Counted from the first letter of the stretch, positions 1-9,985 are shown. The stretch: 64,000 nucleotides of DNA from Rubripirellula sp. (GCA_965216875.1 OZ244207.1:7648001-7712000), one strand, 5' to 3'. Notes: generated by a model not told the origin, from the sequence alone. Numbers and translations: made by a program.

Positions 1-94
1 TGCTGTCGACGCCACCAGAAAACGCGACCACCACGCGCGGGTGTTGATCGATCCACCGGATCAGTCGAAGTGCGTTCTCTTGCTGTCGGCTCAT
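1..94 (-). CDS. larE: PP-loop ATP-dependent sulfur transferase, LarE-like (N-terminus only, truncated by window edge)
   Basis: Manual translation gives MSRQQENALRLIRWIDQHPRVVVAFSGGVDS, with the PP-loop AFSGGVDS about 25 aa from the start as in LarE. Other PP-loop families are not excluded. Confidence 0.6.
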   Translation of the reverse strand, partial: MSRQQENALRLIRWIDQHPRVVVAFSGGVDS

Positions 95-145
95 GCGAGC
101 GTTCGGGTCTCGGTGTGCGTCGTTGGTGAGGATGACTCGCCGACC

Positions 146-1012
146 TTAGCCGGCGCGTTCTACCCGGACGAAAAAGCCAGCATCGAGCGATCGGCCGGTG
201 GAATCCTCTAATTGTGACCGCCCCGATTGGATACGCAAACGGCCAGCCTGATCGGCCTGTTGAATTAAACGGGATTGAGTCAAGTATTTACACACCTCCG
301 TGGCACCAACTTCCTCAGAATGCCCGGTAATCAGCAGTCGAAAACGGTCGGGATCGAGGATTTCGAGGCAGTTTTCCAGCAGCGGCCAAAGATCACGCTC
401 GAGACGCCAGGCCTTGCCTTTGGGGGAGTGGCCGTAGGCGGGTGGGTCGAGCACGATCGTGTGGTAGATGCGTTTACGACGCACTTCGCGAGCCGCAAAT
501 TTCGCCGCATCGTCGACGATGTAGCGAATCGGACGGTCGTCGAATTGGTTCAGCTCTGCCGCCTGTTTGGCCGATTGCACGTTCGGTTTGGCGGCGTCAA
601 CGTGTACCACACTCAGTCCCGCATTCGACATCGCCATACTGCTGGCACCGGTGTAGCCAAACAGGTTCAAGCCGTTTGCCGTGTATGCTTCCTCACTTTC
701 ACTGGCGGTCGTGCCGAGCCAGCGCCAGTTGTCGCCTTGTTCGGGAAAGAGCCCGATGTGACCAAATGGGGTTGGACGCAGCGGCATCCGAAAGCTCCCA
801 CAATCGACTGCCAGGTCATTTGGCCAAGGTTGGTGGTGCTTCCACGTTTTGGTGGCTCGATCAAAGACAGCATCGGCCGATGCCCAGCGTTCGGGACAAC
901 GTCGCCTCGCACCTTCGGCTGATGGTGAAGGACGATCGACGAGGTGGCCGCCAAGAGATTCCAGTTTTCGACCTCCGCCAAAGTCGATCAACTGATAACG
1001 ATCGTCAGACAA
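146..1012 (-). CDS. Class I SAM-dependent methyltransferase (RlmI/RlmK-like)
   Basis: LNLFGYTG SAM-binding motif, VHVDA, IVLDPPAY, HIGLFPEQ. Confidence 0.85.
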   Translation of the reverse strand: MSDDRYQLIDFGGGRKLESLGGHLVDRPSPSAEGARRRCPERWASADAVFDRATKTWKHHQPWPNDLAVDCGSFRMPLRPTPFGHIGLFPEQGDNWRWLGTTASESEEAYTANGLNLFGYTGASSMAMSNAGLSVVHVDAAKPNVQSAKQAAELNQFDDRPIRYIVDDAAKFAAREVRRKRIYHTIVLDPPAYGHSPKGKAWRLERDLWPLLENCLEILDPDRFRLLITGHSEEVGATEVCKYLTQSRLIQQADQAGRLRIQSGRSQLEDSTGRSLDAGFFVRVERAG

Positions 1013-1036
1013 ACAAATGGGCCCAGCTTGATTGGG

Positions 1037-1921
1037 TTAGCGTTGCAGGTTCGGTTCTTCCGAAGCGTCCGCGATTTCGGTGCCCTCTTCCACTGAAGAA
1101 GTTTCCTCGGCAATCTCGGACTCGGGAACGCCGATCATGTCGGTGCTGACCCCTCCATGATCAAAGATGGGCCAGCCCTGTTGGAATCGAGTTTCGGCAG
1201 TGTAGTCGACGGGAGGCCGATCGAAAAACTGGGCTGGTGAACCGGTGGCGCTCTTAGCCCCAAACTTGAATTGGCTACCAGCGAGTTTGGTTTGTTCGCG
1301 AATGGTTCCGCCCTGGAAGGGGCCGACGCCCATGACCCAAGTGTCACGTGCCGTCGCCAGTGAATGGTTCACGCCTGATTGCCAAATCGGACGTCGCGAT
1401 TGTCGGTCGTAGGCAAAGCAAGCAATTTTGGCGGCCGCTTCACGAGCCTGACGCCGAGCGACCGCAATCTCGGGAATGGATGGGATGTTAGGAGCACCGG
1501 GGATCAAGGACGCGGTACTGGAGATCGCATTGTTTTCGGGAACGCCAAAGGTCACCCGATGGTCGTCCGATCCGAGCGTTCCGATCCGAGCCTCGATGAT
1601 CACGTCGGCTTCTTGATTGGCGTCCTGCAGCAAGCAACCTGCAGCGACGATCTGCTGCCTGAGTGCGCTGGTGACATATTCGCTGTTCACGAATCCCTGG
1701 CCCTTCACGTGCCGCAAATAGCTCGTGTCGAGGTAGACCTTTCGTCCAGCGAGCGGGCGGAAATCGAGACTGCCGATGCTGCGGTCGACCGCGTCGCTCA
1801 TCACAAGCTGTTCGGTCGCGTGATATTCCCGTGTTGTCCCGCATCCAACCACACCGATCGCGCATACGCCAGCCAAGATGGCAAGCATGAAACGTTCGAT
1901 GGTGCGAGGCGAGTGGCGCAT
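1037..1921 (-). CDS. Planctomycete lipoprotein (DUF6655-like)
   Basis: Signal peptide with lipobox VVGC, followed by ATEQLVMSDAVDR and KVYLDT segments. Confidence 0.7.
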   Translation of the reverse strand: MRHSPRTIERFMLAILAGVCAIGVVGCGTTREYHATEQLVMSDAVDRSIGSLDFRPLAGRKVYLDTSYLRHVKGQGFVNSEYVTSALRQQIVAAGCLLQDANQEADVIIEARIGTLGSDDHRVTFGVPENNAISSTASLIPGAPNIPSIPEIAVARRQAREAAAKIACFAYDRQSRRPIWQSGVNHSLATARDTWVMGVGPFQGGTIREQTKLAGSQFKFGAKSATGSPAQFFDRPPVDYTAETRFQQGWPIFDHGGVSTDMIGVPESEIAEETSSVEEGTEIADASEEPNLQR

Positions 1922-2097
1922 CGTCTGGCGGAAGGAGGGAGAATTCGTATACGAAGGTTGCCCGTGCGGGAGCGACCCGCATGCTTTTTGATGTAGCCCG
2001 CCGAATCGAATCGGGGCAAGGCCATTGAAGAAGTTTTCTTAAAGTCGCGTGAAACGTGGAGCCGTGAAACGTTGTGAGCCCTGTTAACGCCCGCCTC

Positions 2098-2178
2098 CGT
2101 GAGCCGCACGCGCTAGCGTCGGGCCTTGCTCGCTCTTGCCCATCTTGCTACGCCCGACGCTAGCGCGTGCGGCTCACG
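2098..2178. repeat. REP-like family D: perfect 27-bp inverted repeat pair
   Basis: cgtgagccgcacgcgctagcgtcgggc ... gcccgacgctagcgcgtgcggctcacg; a single arm recurs at 59999-60024. Confidence 0.9.
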
Positions 2179-2190
2179 AAGGGACCTCAA

Positions 2191-2222
2191 GAAGATTCCG
2201 GCTAAAGCTCGGTACTACAAAC
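2191..2222 (-). repeat. REP-like family A copy
   Basis: gaagattccggctaaagctcggtactacaaac, the reverse complement of GTAGTACCGAGCTTTAGCCGGAATC. Confidence 0.9.
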
Positions 2223-2234
2223 GATGCGCACAAA

Positions 2235-2291
2235 AAGAGCCGCAAACCGATCACAGCGTTTTCCCACGGCCGCTGTGATCGGCTGCGACTC
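2235..2291. terminator. Long hairpin, possible terminator downstream of the DUF1501 gene
   Basis: Stem ccgatcacagcg / cgctgtgatcgg with extended flanking pairing; aaaaa on the left gives a U-tract on the minus strand. Confidence 0.5.
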
Positions 2292-2479
2292 AATAATGTT
2301 GGTTCGGCGAGAGGTCGTTCGCCGCGCCCGACTTCTGCTCAAATCGGGCTTACTGGCTGGGCTCAGAGATTTGCTTGTACGGGCGCGCTACCAAAAGGGT
2401 TTTCGAAAAATAGGGAAATGGTCTCTACATCCCTGTCGTACGAGCAATCCGTGATTCTTCTCTTGCCACCTTCCACTTC

Positions 2480-2507
2480 ATTCGTGCGATTCGAGTGATT
2501 CGTGGTT
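2480..2507. repeat. Repeat family J (attcgtg..attcg..tcgtggtt)
   Basis: Similar copy at 8731-8757 and a partial copy near 59643. Confidence 0.6.
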
Positions 2508-2530
2508 CTCCTCTACCGCCTTCCTCGCGA

Positions 2531-3838
2531 TTAAACCAACAACGCCTCGATTGGTTCCCCTTCGCTTCGTTTGATGGGACGGCCAATGGGCGTATCGAGC
2601 TCTTCGTCAAACTCGACCCCCAAAGCCTTGAGAGCGGTGGCATGGACGTCCTCGATTGTCACCGGTTTGGATAGATCATTGACTTCTTTGCCACGCTCAA
2701 GCTTTGGATCGGCCGCCGTTGCTCCGTGCACGGCACCACGGCGAATGCCACAGCCAGCCATCAAGATCGAAAAGCCATGCGGCCAGTGATCGCGACCGCC
2801 GCCAGGATTGATCTGAGGCGTGCGGCCGAATTCACCACCGCAAATGACCAGCGTGGAATCAAGTTGGTCACGTTCCTCGAGTCGAGCGAGCAATGCAGCC
2901 AGCGCGGGATCGAGTTTTTCACACGCCGACGATTGCAACGAATGGTTGTTGATGTGTGAGTCCCATCCGCCGAGCGTCACTTCGACACACCGCGTTCCGA
3001 CTTCGATCAGACGCGATGCGGCCAAACATCCGCGCCCAAACACGCTGTCACCGAATGCTTCCAGGACCGCTTTGGGTTCTTCGTTGACGTCAAACGCCCC
3101 GAGTTGATCGCTATCCATCATCAATAGCGCCGAATCGGTTGCCGTCTTATGAAGCGTTCGCTCCTTTTCCAAGTTAGCGAGCCGGCCGCGACGAAACTCG
3201 GCTTCGACCACTTCGTACAGGTCATCGATCCGTTTGTTGTAGCGATCCTTTTCGATCGGGCGATTGATATCGGGAACTGGCCCGGCGGGGTCACCGATTT
3301 TGAAGGCATCGAACTTGGCACCCAGGTAGCCGCCGCGGCCCGGCGAGTTGCCAGGTGCAATGGAGATATGTCGCGGGATATCGCCGCCAGCGTCGTCGGC
3401 TTCACAGAGGACGGCGCCCATTGATGGATGCGTCAGTGTGGGGTCGGGACGATAACCCGTTTTGACGTTGTAGATGGCGCGAGCGTGATCGCCCTCTTTG
3501 CTGGTTACTGCGCGCAGCAATGACGCCAAATGCATCTGCTCGGCTGTCCGAGGCATGGTGTCGGAAAGCTGAATGCCCTTTGCCGATGAGTCGATCGCCT
3601 TGGAATCACCGCCGATCGAGCCACCTGGATGAGGGTCGAACGTTTCGAGCTGACTGGGGCCGCCTTCAAGCCAAAGCAGGATGACGCTCTTGGGTTGGGC
3701 TTTGTCGGTCAAGCCAAGTTCGTCCGCCCGAGCCAACGTGCGGGCGAGCGTTGACATCATCAACGCACCGCCGCCGGCACCAAGCAAAGTGCGTCGCGAC
3801 AGGTGAGCGCTGCGGTTGCAGAGTGGAAGTGGATTCAT
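2531..3838 (-). CDS. DUF1501 family protein with Tat-like signal
   Basis: SRRTLL, LEGGPSQLETFDPHP, GWDSH, GEFGRTP, GRDHW. Confidence 0.92.
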   Translation of the reverse strand: MNPLPLCNRSAHLSRRTLLGAGGGALMMSTLARTLARADELGLTDKAQPKSVILLWLEGGPSQLETFDPHPGGSIGGDSKAIDSSAKGIQLSDTMPRTAEQMHLASLLRAVTSKEGDHARAIYNVKTGYRPDPTLTHPSMGAVLCEADDAGGDIPRHISIAPGNSPGRGGYLGAKFDAFKIGDPAGPVPDINRPIEKDRYNKRIDDLYEVVEAEFRRGRLANLEKERTLHKTATDSALLMMDSDQLGAFDVNEEPKAVLEAFGDSVFGRGCLAASRLIEVGTRCVEVTLGGWDSHINNHSLQSSACEKLDPALAALLARLEERDQLDSTLVICGGEFGRTPQINPGGGRDHWPHGFSILMAGCGIRRGAVHGATAADPKLERGKEVNDLSKPVTIEDVHATALKALGVEFDEELDTPIGRPIKRSEGEPIEALLV

Positions 3839-3864
3839 GAGGTTTCAGCTCCGCCGAGGAGACG

Positions 3865-5568
3865 TCAATGGTTGGTGGCCAATTCGCTGCTGTTGAGCAG
3901 CACCCAGAATAGGTCTTCGATCGCATCGTCACGGTTGACCGCTTCGCCCATTCGTTGAACGAAATGAGCTTTTTCGACTTCACTTGGGTAGCGGTTGAGA
4001 GCACACAGGTAGACGGTTTCAACGGCGTGCGCGTCGTCACCCGTAAACATGTTGATGTGTCCGGTCGAATTGAGCACAGGGTTACCGTTGATCAATTCTC
4101 CGAGCATGTTGCCATTCATCATCAAAAGGCGTTGGGTGATCGTGACGTTGTCGGTGGTGAATTCGTCTTCGCCGATGTCACCGTAGCTGGTCACAAAGTC
4201 GTTGGCTCCGGCAAACGTTTGCAATTGCAGGAAGACCGATGATTCGCGGTCCGTCTTTTTGATGCGGGCGGCTTGAATGATCGATCCCGCGACTTGCTCG
4301 GGGCGGAGTCGCACCAATGGAAAGACGGCGTGCGAGTATTCGTGTTTGGGCAAGACTTCGAATTTGTCAGTGCGGCTGTTGACCCGAAAGGCTGACGAGC
4401 GGGCGATCAGCGAAATCAAACGTCGCACGTCAAAACCGTTGTTCACAAAGTCGTCAGCCAAGACGTCAATCATCGGATTGACCGATTCGTCCAACGGCAA
4501 ATTGTCGACCGCTTCGCCAAACGGGCGTCCGTACATCAGTGCCCACACGTGGCTGACCGCAGCGCGCGCAGCTTGCGAGTTTTCTGGATGCGTGACCCAA
4601 CGGGCTAGACGCTCACGTGGATCACCCTCTTCGGGCAGCAATTCGGGATAGAACGGGACGCTTGCTTCGACGGCCGTCTCTTCGGTGTCATCCAAATACT
4701 TGTAGTTGTATTCAACATCGCCATTCTTGACGCCTTGCAAACCATTCATCTTGGCGCTGGTGTAAAACGCGGCGAGTTGATGGAAATCGGTTTGCAGACC
4801 TTCACGTGGTTCGTCGACGTCGCCCAAATTGACGTTGCCTAGGAAGTCATCGTGGCATTGAAGGCAATCGATTCGCAGTCCGAGAAAGGCTCGCGACGTT
4901 CTGGCTGCCAAGCGAATCGGATCCGGTTTGCCGTCGTTGCTGTCGAAGGTTGCCGTCAAGAAATTGACTTCGGGTTGGTCGGTCCACAATCCCTTCGCTG
5001 TGATCAATTGCTGCACAAACTCGTCGTAGGGTTTGTTGGATGCAAAGACATCGGTCAACCAAATTCGAAATCGACGGCGGCGGTAGGTTACAAACTGGCC
5101 TTCGTCGGTTCCGACCAGGTACCGCGCCCAGCGTTCTGCCCAATAGTGGTGGAATCGCGGGTCCTCGAGCAGGTCCTCAAGGTGTTTCTGCTCGCGTTCC
5201 GATTCTGGCAACGATTCAAGTCGACGAATCTCTTCGAGGGAAAGGCCACTGCCAACCAGCGAGAGTGACATACGACGACACACGGTCAACCAATCCGCCC
5301 GGTCGGCCGATTCGAACCCTTTGTCGGCGAGCGTTTGTGTCCATTGTTGATCAACCAATTTGATCGTCGATGTCAGTGAATCGGTCGCTTCGGCAACTGG
5401 ATTCGTTTTTGCCAGGTCGTCGACGGCGACGCGCTGTTGCGGAACGTCGGAAAGGCCGGAGGCGAGATAGCCAAACGCCACCAAGACCAGCGTGGCGAAC
5501 CATCCCCAGCGGATCGCCTGACGCCCAAGCCGGCGCATGGTTGACGGTTGAGGGTGATTGGCCGTCAT
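3865..5568 (-). CDS. DUF1549/DUF1553 (PSCyt2/PSD1) heme-motif protein
   Basis: RRMSLSLVG, WAERW, FLGLRIDCLQCHD (CxxCH), RLRPEQ, WVLLNSSE. Start set at ATG 5568 (ORF open to 5652). Confidence 0.9.
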   Translation of the reverse strand: MTANHPQPSTMRRLGRQAIRWGWFATLVLVAFGYLASGLSDVPQQRVAVDDLAKTNPVAEATDSLTSTIKLVDQQWTQTLADKGFESADRADWLTVCRRMSLSLVGSGLSLEEIRRLESLPESEREQKHLEDLLEDPRFHHYWAERWARYLVGTDEGQFVTYRRRRFRIWLTDVFASNKPYDEFVQQLITAKGLWTDQPEVNFLTATFDSNDGKPDPIRLAARTSRAFLGLRIDCLQCHDDFLGNVNLGDVDEPREGLQTDFHQLAAFYTSAKMNGLQGVKNGDVEYNYKYLDDTEETAVEASVPFYPELLPEEGDPRERLARWVTHPENSQAARAAVSHVWALMYGRPFGEAVDNLPLDESVNPMIDVLADDFVNNGFDVRRLISLIARSSAFRVNSRTDKFEVLPKHEYSHAVFPLVRLRPEQVAGSIIQAARIKKTDRESSVFLQLQTFAGANDFVTSYGDIGEDEFTTDNVTITQRLLMMNGNMLGELINGNPVLNSTGHINMFTGDDAHAVETVYLCALNRYPSEVEKAHFVQRMGEAVNRDDAIEDLFWVLLNSSELATNH

Positions 5569-5968
5569 GACGTGATCGCCTCGCTTACGGGCTTTTTGAT
5601 CGACGGAGTTTTGGCCATGATGAAGCTCGGCGGGAAGCAGAAAAGAGACCAAAAAGGTTGGGTAACGTGATGGATTCGTCGACTCTAGCGTAATCTTGGC
5701 TTTGCGGAAGGAAAAAAACGCCTGCCGAACGTGCCCGCTTGGTGACGCAAGTCACAGAATCACCGTGATTGCCGATGATTCACGGCTTTTCGGCGAGCTA
5801 CCGGACTCCGGTTTGTCGCGCCAAAACATGCTCCAATTCAGGCCTAAAAGAGTGGAAGCAAGGGTACGATAACGATGATTCGCGGCGCAATCGTAAGCGG
5901 CAAGACGCTGGCTGCCGGTTCATCAGCAAACTTCGCCGCGAGTGATTCTTGCGGCCGCCCAGAACAAC

Positions 5969-7006
5969 ATGCAACAGACGGAAACATCACAGGAACGATT
6001 GGCGGACGCTCCGCACGACTTTCGGCAATGGCTTGCCGAGCGGTCAGCGAAGCTGATGTTTTCGTTGTCGTTGGTGTTTCTCTTTTGTCAGGCTGTGCTC
6101 GTTGTCCTTTGGGCAGACGTGCCGATGCTGATCGAAAATGCGCGCGCATCGGTTTCTGGCAGCCACGTATTGCTTGATCTTGGCGAAGTCTCGTCGGCCA
6201 CTTTGCTGCAATCGAGTTTTCAAACACTGGTGCTGGTGGTGATGATGCTGATCTGGCCCATCGTCATCGCCGAAGCCGTTTTCCATTGGGTGACCCGTCC
6301 GTGGAATGCCGAGATGCGACGCCAGCACTTCTTGGGGTTTCTGTGTTGCGTCTGCCCTTCGTTGCGCTTGTGCGCTCGAAATCCTGAGATGGGAAATCGA
6401 CTTTGGTTGCCGGGTCTTGGCTGGCGAGTGCCAAACAAACGATTGCGAAAACGTCTCGAGAAACGTTTCAGCCTGCCGATGATCATGATCGCGCTTTTGA
6501 TCATGCCAGTGTTGATCGTCGAGTTCTTTATGAAAACGCAGGTGGCTCGCTACGACTGGCTGCGATTGTCGCTGCACGTCAGCACCGGAGTCATCTGGTT
6601 TGCGTTTGCAGGTGAGTTCATCTTGATGTTCTCGATCGCGGAAAAGAAGATCGAGTATTGCAAGAAGCATTGGATTGATTTGGCGATCATTCTGCTGCCG
6701 TTCGTTTCGTTCCTGCGATCGATGCGTATCCTGCGCGCCTCGCGCGCCGCCAAACTCGTTCAGGTTTCGCAGCTTTCGAAATTTGCTCGCATGTATCGTT
6801 TGCGTGGCACTGCGGCAAAGGCGCTCCGAGCACTCGTGCTGCTTGACCTCGTCCAACGCATGCTCGGTGGCCCCGAGAAGTCGATTCAGCGGCTTGAGAA
6901 ACGGTTGTCCGACGTCGAAGACGAAGCCAAGGATCTGCGCCGACGTATCAATCGCTTGCAACGTCAGCAACGCGAGAAAGCGGAATCGGACACCGCCGAG
7001 GCGTAA
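5969..7006 (+). CDS. Membrane protein with voltage-sensor-like (Ion_trans S1-S4) domain, no pore, C-terminal coiled coil
   Basis: IWFAFAGEF (S2), HWIDLAIILLPF (S3), LRSMRILRASR (S4); no TVGYG or other pore segment. Confidence 0.75.
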   Translation: MQQTETSQERLADAPHDFRQWLAERSAKLMFSLSLVFLFCQAVLVVLWADVPMLIENARASVSGSHVLLDLGEVSSATLLQSSFQTLVLVVMMLIWPIVIAEAVFHWVTRPWNAEMRRQHFLGFLCCVCPSLRLCARNPEMGNRLWLPGLGWRVPNKRLRKRLEKRFSLPMIMIALLIMPVLIVEFFMKTQVARYDWLRLSLHVSTGVIWFAFAGEFILMFSIAEKKIEYCKKHWIDLAIILLPFVSFLRSMRILRASRAAKLVQVSQLSKFARMYRLRGTAAKALRALVLLDLVQRMLGGPEKSIQRLEKRLSDVEDEAKDLRRRINRLQRQQREKAESDTAEA

Positions 7007-7085
7007 CCTTTGAGGGGCGACTGCTATACTCAGTGGTCCCACCAACGCGTTCTCGCCCGCGAAATCTCCCATTCAGCTTCGCATC

Positions 7086-8528
7086 ATGACATTCCGACTC
7101 TTTTCCCTTTGCGTCGTCACGCTGTCGCTCGTTGCTTCTTCAGCATCGGTTCACGCCACCGACCATCCCAACATCGTTTTCATTCTTGTCGACGACATGG
7201 GGTACGGCGATCCGACTTGCTACAACGCCAATTCCAAGACACCCACGCCAAACATCGATTCGTTGGCTCGCGACGGCATGCGATTCACTGATGCCCATGC
7301 CTCGGGACCGCTGTGCCACATGTCACGTTATGGGTTGCTGACAGGGCGGTATCCTTTTCGCACCAACGTCAACTTGTGGCGAAAACAACCACTGATCAAA
7401 GCAGGCGAAGCCACGATTGCCACGGTGCTCAAATCGGCGGGCTATCGAACGGCGATGGTCGGCAAGTGGCACTTAGGATTCGATGAATCAAAGGGCTACG
7501 ACCACCCGCTGCCGGGCGGTCCCGTTGACTGTGGGTTCGATTCGTTCTTCGGAATCCGTGCTTCGACCGACATTCCGCCCTACTTTTACATTCGAGACGA
7601 TCGCGCCGTCGCACCGCCTTCGAACCAGATCGAGGCTCGCAACACCGAGGGTTGGACCAACATTCAAGGTGAGTTTTGGCGTGCTGGCGGCATCGCTCCC
7701 GAGCTTGAACTGAAGAATGTGCTACCGCGGTTTACCGACGAAGCGATCGCCGTGATCGACGATCATGCGACGAGTACGTCGGAACAACCACTGATGCTCT
7801 ATCTCGCTTACCCCGCGCCTCACACACCTTGGTTGCCGTCAAAGGAATTCCAAGGCAAGAGCGGCGCGAGCATGTATGGCGATTTCGTGATGATGGTTGA
7901 CCACATGATTGGGCGTGTGCTCAGCGCCCTCGACAAGGCTGGAATGACCGACGACACGCTCGTCATCTTTTCCTCGGACAACGGTCCCGTTTGGTACGAA
8001 CATGATGTTGATCGGTTTGACCACGATTCATCGGGTGGACTGCGCGGCATGAAAGCGGACGCCTGGGAGTGTGGACATCGGATGCCATTTTTGGCACGTT
8101 GGCCCGGCAGAGTCCCTGCGGCGACCACCAGCGATCAAACGATTTGTTTCACCGACATGCTGGCCACGTTTGCTTCGATCGTCGACCAACCACTGAGTGC
8201 CGCAGATGGTCCTGATAGTTTTGACGTCTCGCCTGCGTTTTTTGGCAAGGATGATGGCCCGATCCGTGACGCATTGGTCATTCGGTCTGGCTCAAAACAC
8301 ATGACGATCCGCATGGGGGATTGGAAGATGATTACCGCACTGGGAAGCGGCGGCTTCTCGAAGCCCAACCGTATCAAGCCTGCCCAAGGTGACCCCGCCG
8401 GCCAGCTCTACCATTTGGGACGTGACCTCGGCGAAACAAGCAATCGCTACCTGCAAGAACCGGCGGTCGTTGAGCGGCTCAAGAAACGGTTGGCTGAAAT
8501 CGAAGCAGGGCCTCATCGCGAACGATGA
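7086..8528 (+). CDS. Secreted sulfatase (S1 family)
   Basis: Signal peptide; PNIVFILVDDMGYGD, CHMSRYGLLTGRY, GKWHLG, SSDNG, WECGHRMP. Confidence 0.93.
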   Translation: MTFRLFSLCVVTLSLVASSASVHATDHPNIVFILVDDMGYGDPTCYNANSKTPTPNIDSLARDGMRFTDAHASGPLCHMSRYGLLTGRYPFRTNVNLWRKQPLIKAGEATIATVLKSAGYRTAMVGKWHLGFDESKGYDHPLPGGPVDCGFDSFFGIRASTDIPPYFYIRDDRAVAPPSNQIEARNTEGWTNIQGEFWRAGGIAPELELKNVLPRFTDEAIAVIDDHATSTSEQPLMLYLAYPAPHTPWLPSKEFQGKSGASMYGDFVMMVDHMIGRVLSALDKAGMTDDTLVIFSSDNGPVWYEHDVDRFDHDSSGGLRGMKADAWECGHRMPFLARWPGRVPAATTSDQTICFTDMLATFASIVDQPLSAADGPDSFDVSPAFFGKDDGPIRDALVIRSGSKHMTIRMGDWKMITALGSGGFSKPNRIKPAQGDPAGQLYHLGRDLGETSNRYLQEPAVVERLKKRLAEIEAGPHRER

Positions 8529-8559
8529 GCCGTGTTGCGATTTGAGGGTGTTGTTTCAA

Positions 8560-8667
8560 CACTCTCCCTTGGGAGAGTCGGGCTCTAAGGCCCGGAGAGG
8601 GTTTGTTAGGTAACGATCATCCCCTCCCCGGACTTTAGCGTCCGACCCTCCCGCAAGCGGTAGGGTG
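8560..8667. repeat. Repeat family C (~100-bp multi-hairpin element)
   Basis: cactctcccttgggagagtcgggctctaaggcccggagaggg ... ccctcccgcaagcgg(t/g)agggtg; further copies at 38765-38853 and 59757-59859. Confidence 0.92.
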
Positions 8668-8773
8668 ATTGCTGGTTCGCAGGTTTGCTTGGGCAAGCGT
8701 TTCTTAAGCCGCTCACGAAGCGTCTTACTCATTCGTGTGATTCGTTAGACTCGTGGTTTCTTCTTTCCCACAC

Positions 8774-9748
8774 TCAGATCTGAAAGTTCAGGTCGTGATC
8801 GAGTACTTCGGGGTCGCCTTCGCCGCCTCGAACCCGGAGTTGAGGTTTCTCGAGCAAGACGGTCGTGTTCGGTGAAACGGTCTTTGTGATCCACACGCTC
8901 GAACCGATCACCGAGTCGTGGCCGATCACCGTGCGTCCGCCGAGGATCGTTGCGTTGGCGTAAACAACCACGCGGTCTTCAATCGTTGGGTGCCGCTTCG
9001 TGCCACGAATCAATTGCCCTTCGGAATCGGTCGGGAAGCTCAATGCACCCAGTGTCACGCCTTGGTACAGCTTGACGTGTTCGCCGATTTCGCAGGTTTC
9101 GCCGATGACAACACCGGTCCCGTGATCAATGAAGAAATAGTCGCCGATCGTCGCACCGGGGTGAATGTCGATGCCGGTTTGTTTGTGTGCCCACTCGGTC
9201 ATCATTCGCGGGATGAAGGGAACACCGAGTTGAGTCAGTTCATGGGCGATTCGATAAACCGTGACCGCTTCAATACCGGGATAGCAGAAAACGACTTCAT
9301 CGGTGGTTTGGCACGCCGGGTCGCCGTCGTAGGCTGCTTGGACATCGGTGCCGAGTGTTCGACGCAGTTCGGGAATCCGTTTTAGAAGCTCGATGGCCAT
9401 CGCCTGGCCCTTGGCTTCGTAGTCGACTTCGCTGTCGCAATCACCAAGCTGTTTCTGAACGCGGTCTTCGTGTCGCAGCGCGCGGGCGATCTGTGTCGTC
9501 AATTGATCGTGTAGCGAGTCGATCAGTCCACCGACGTGGTATCGAATGTTGCCTTGATGCAGCCCCACCTTGCGGCGATACCCCGGATAAAGAATGTCCT
9601 TGAGTTCAAGCAAGATTTCGGCCACCACCGTGTAACTTGGCAGTGCACAGTGTCCCAGGTGATTGATCGCATCATCGGGCGTGTAGGTGGCGACGATTTC
9701 TTCGGTCAACTCAGGAAGTTGTTCTTTCAGGCGAAAGTCGGATGCCAC
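8774..9748 (-). CDS. cysE: Serine O-acetyltransferase (CysE/EpsC type)
   Basis: [41 protein letters not shown]. Confidence 0.93.
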   Translation of the reverse strand: MASDFRLKEQLPELTEEIVATYTPDDAINHLGHCALPSYTVVAEILLELKDILYPGYRRKVGLHQGNIRYHVGGLIDSLHDQLTTQIARALRHEDRVQKQLGDCDSEVDYEAKGQAMAIELLKRIPELRRTLGTDVQAAYDGDPACQTTDEVVFCYPGIEAVTVYRIAHELTQLGVPFIPRMMTEWAHKQTGIDIHPGATIGDYFFIDHGTGVVIGETCEIGEHVKLYQGVTLGALSFPTDSEGQLIRGTKRHPTIEDRVVVYANATILGGRTVIGHDSVIGSSVWITKTVSPNTTVLLEKPQLRVRGGEGDPEVLDHDLNFQI

Positions 9749-9940
9749 GGGACGGCTCCCCCACTTGATTTCGAATGGTCAGCAAAGTGTGTGTGTTCGG
9801 ACGAGCATTCACGGATGGTTTTGCGACCGATGTCGTGCTGTCAATCAATGACCATTCTCGCGATCGCCCGGTTCGCTGAACAGTGCTTCAATTTCTGGTT
9901 GGGTGGCAACGGTCTCACCCAGCTACCGCTGAAACGCAAA

Positions 9941-9985
9941 CGACCAGTGAGGCTGCCTTTTCCCCACTGGTCGCGTCGTTTTTCA
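9941..9985. terminator. Hairpin between the Cys-rich gene and cysE
   Basis: cgaccagtg ... cactggtcg stem flanked by A-rich and T-rich tracts. Confidence 0.45.
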
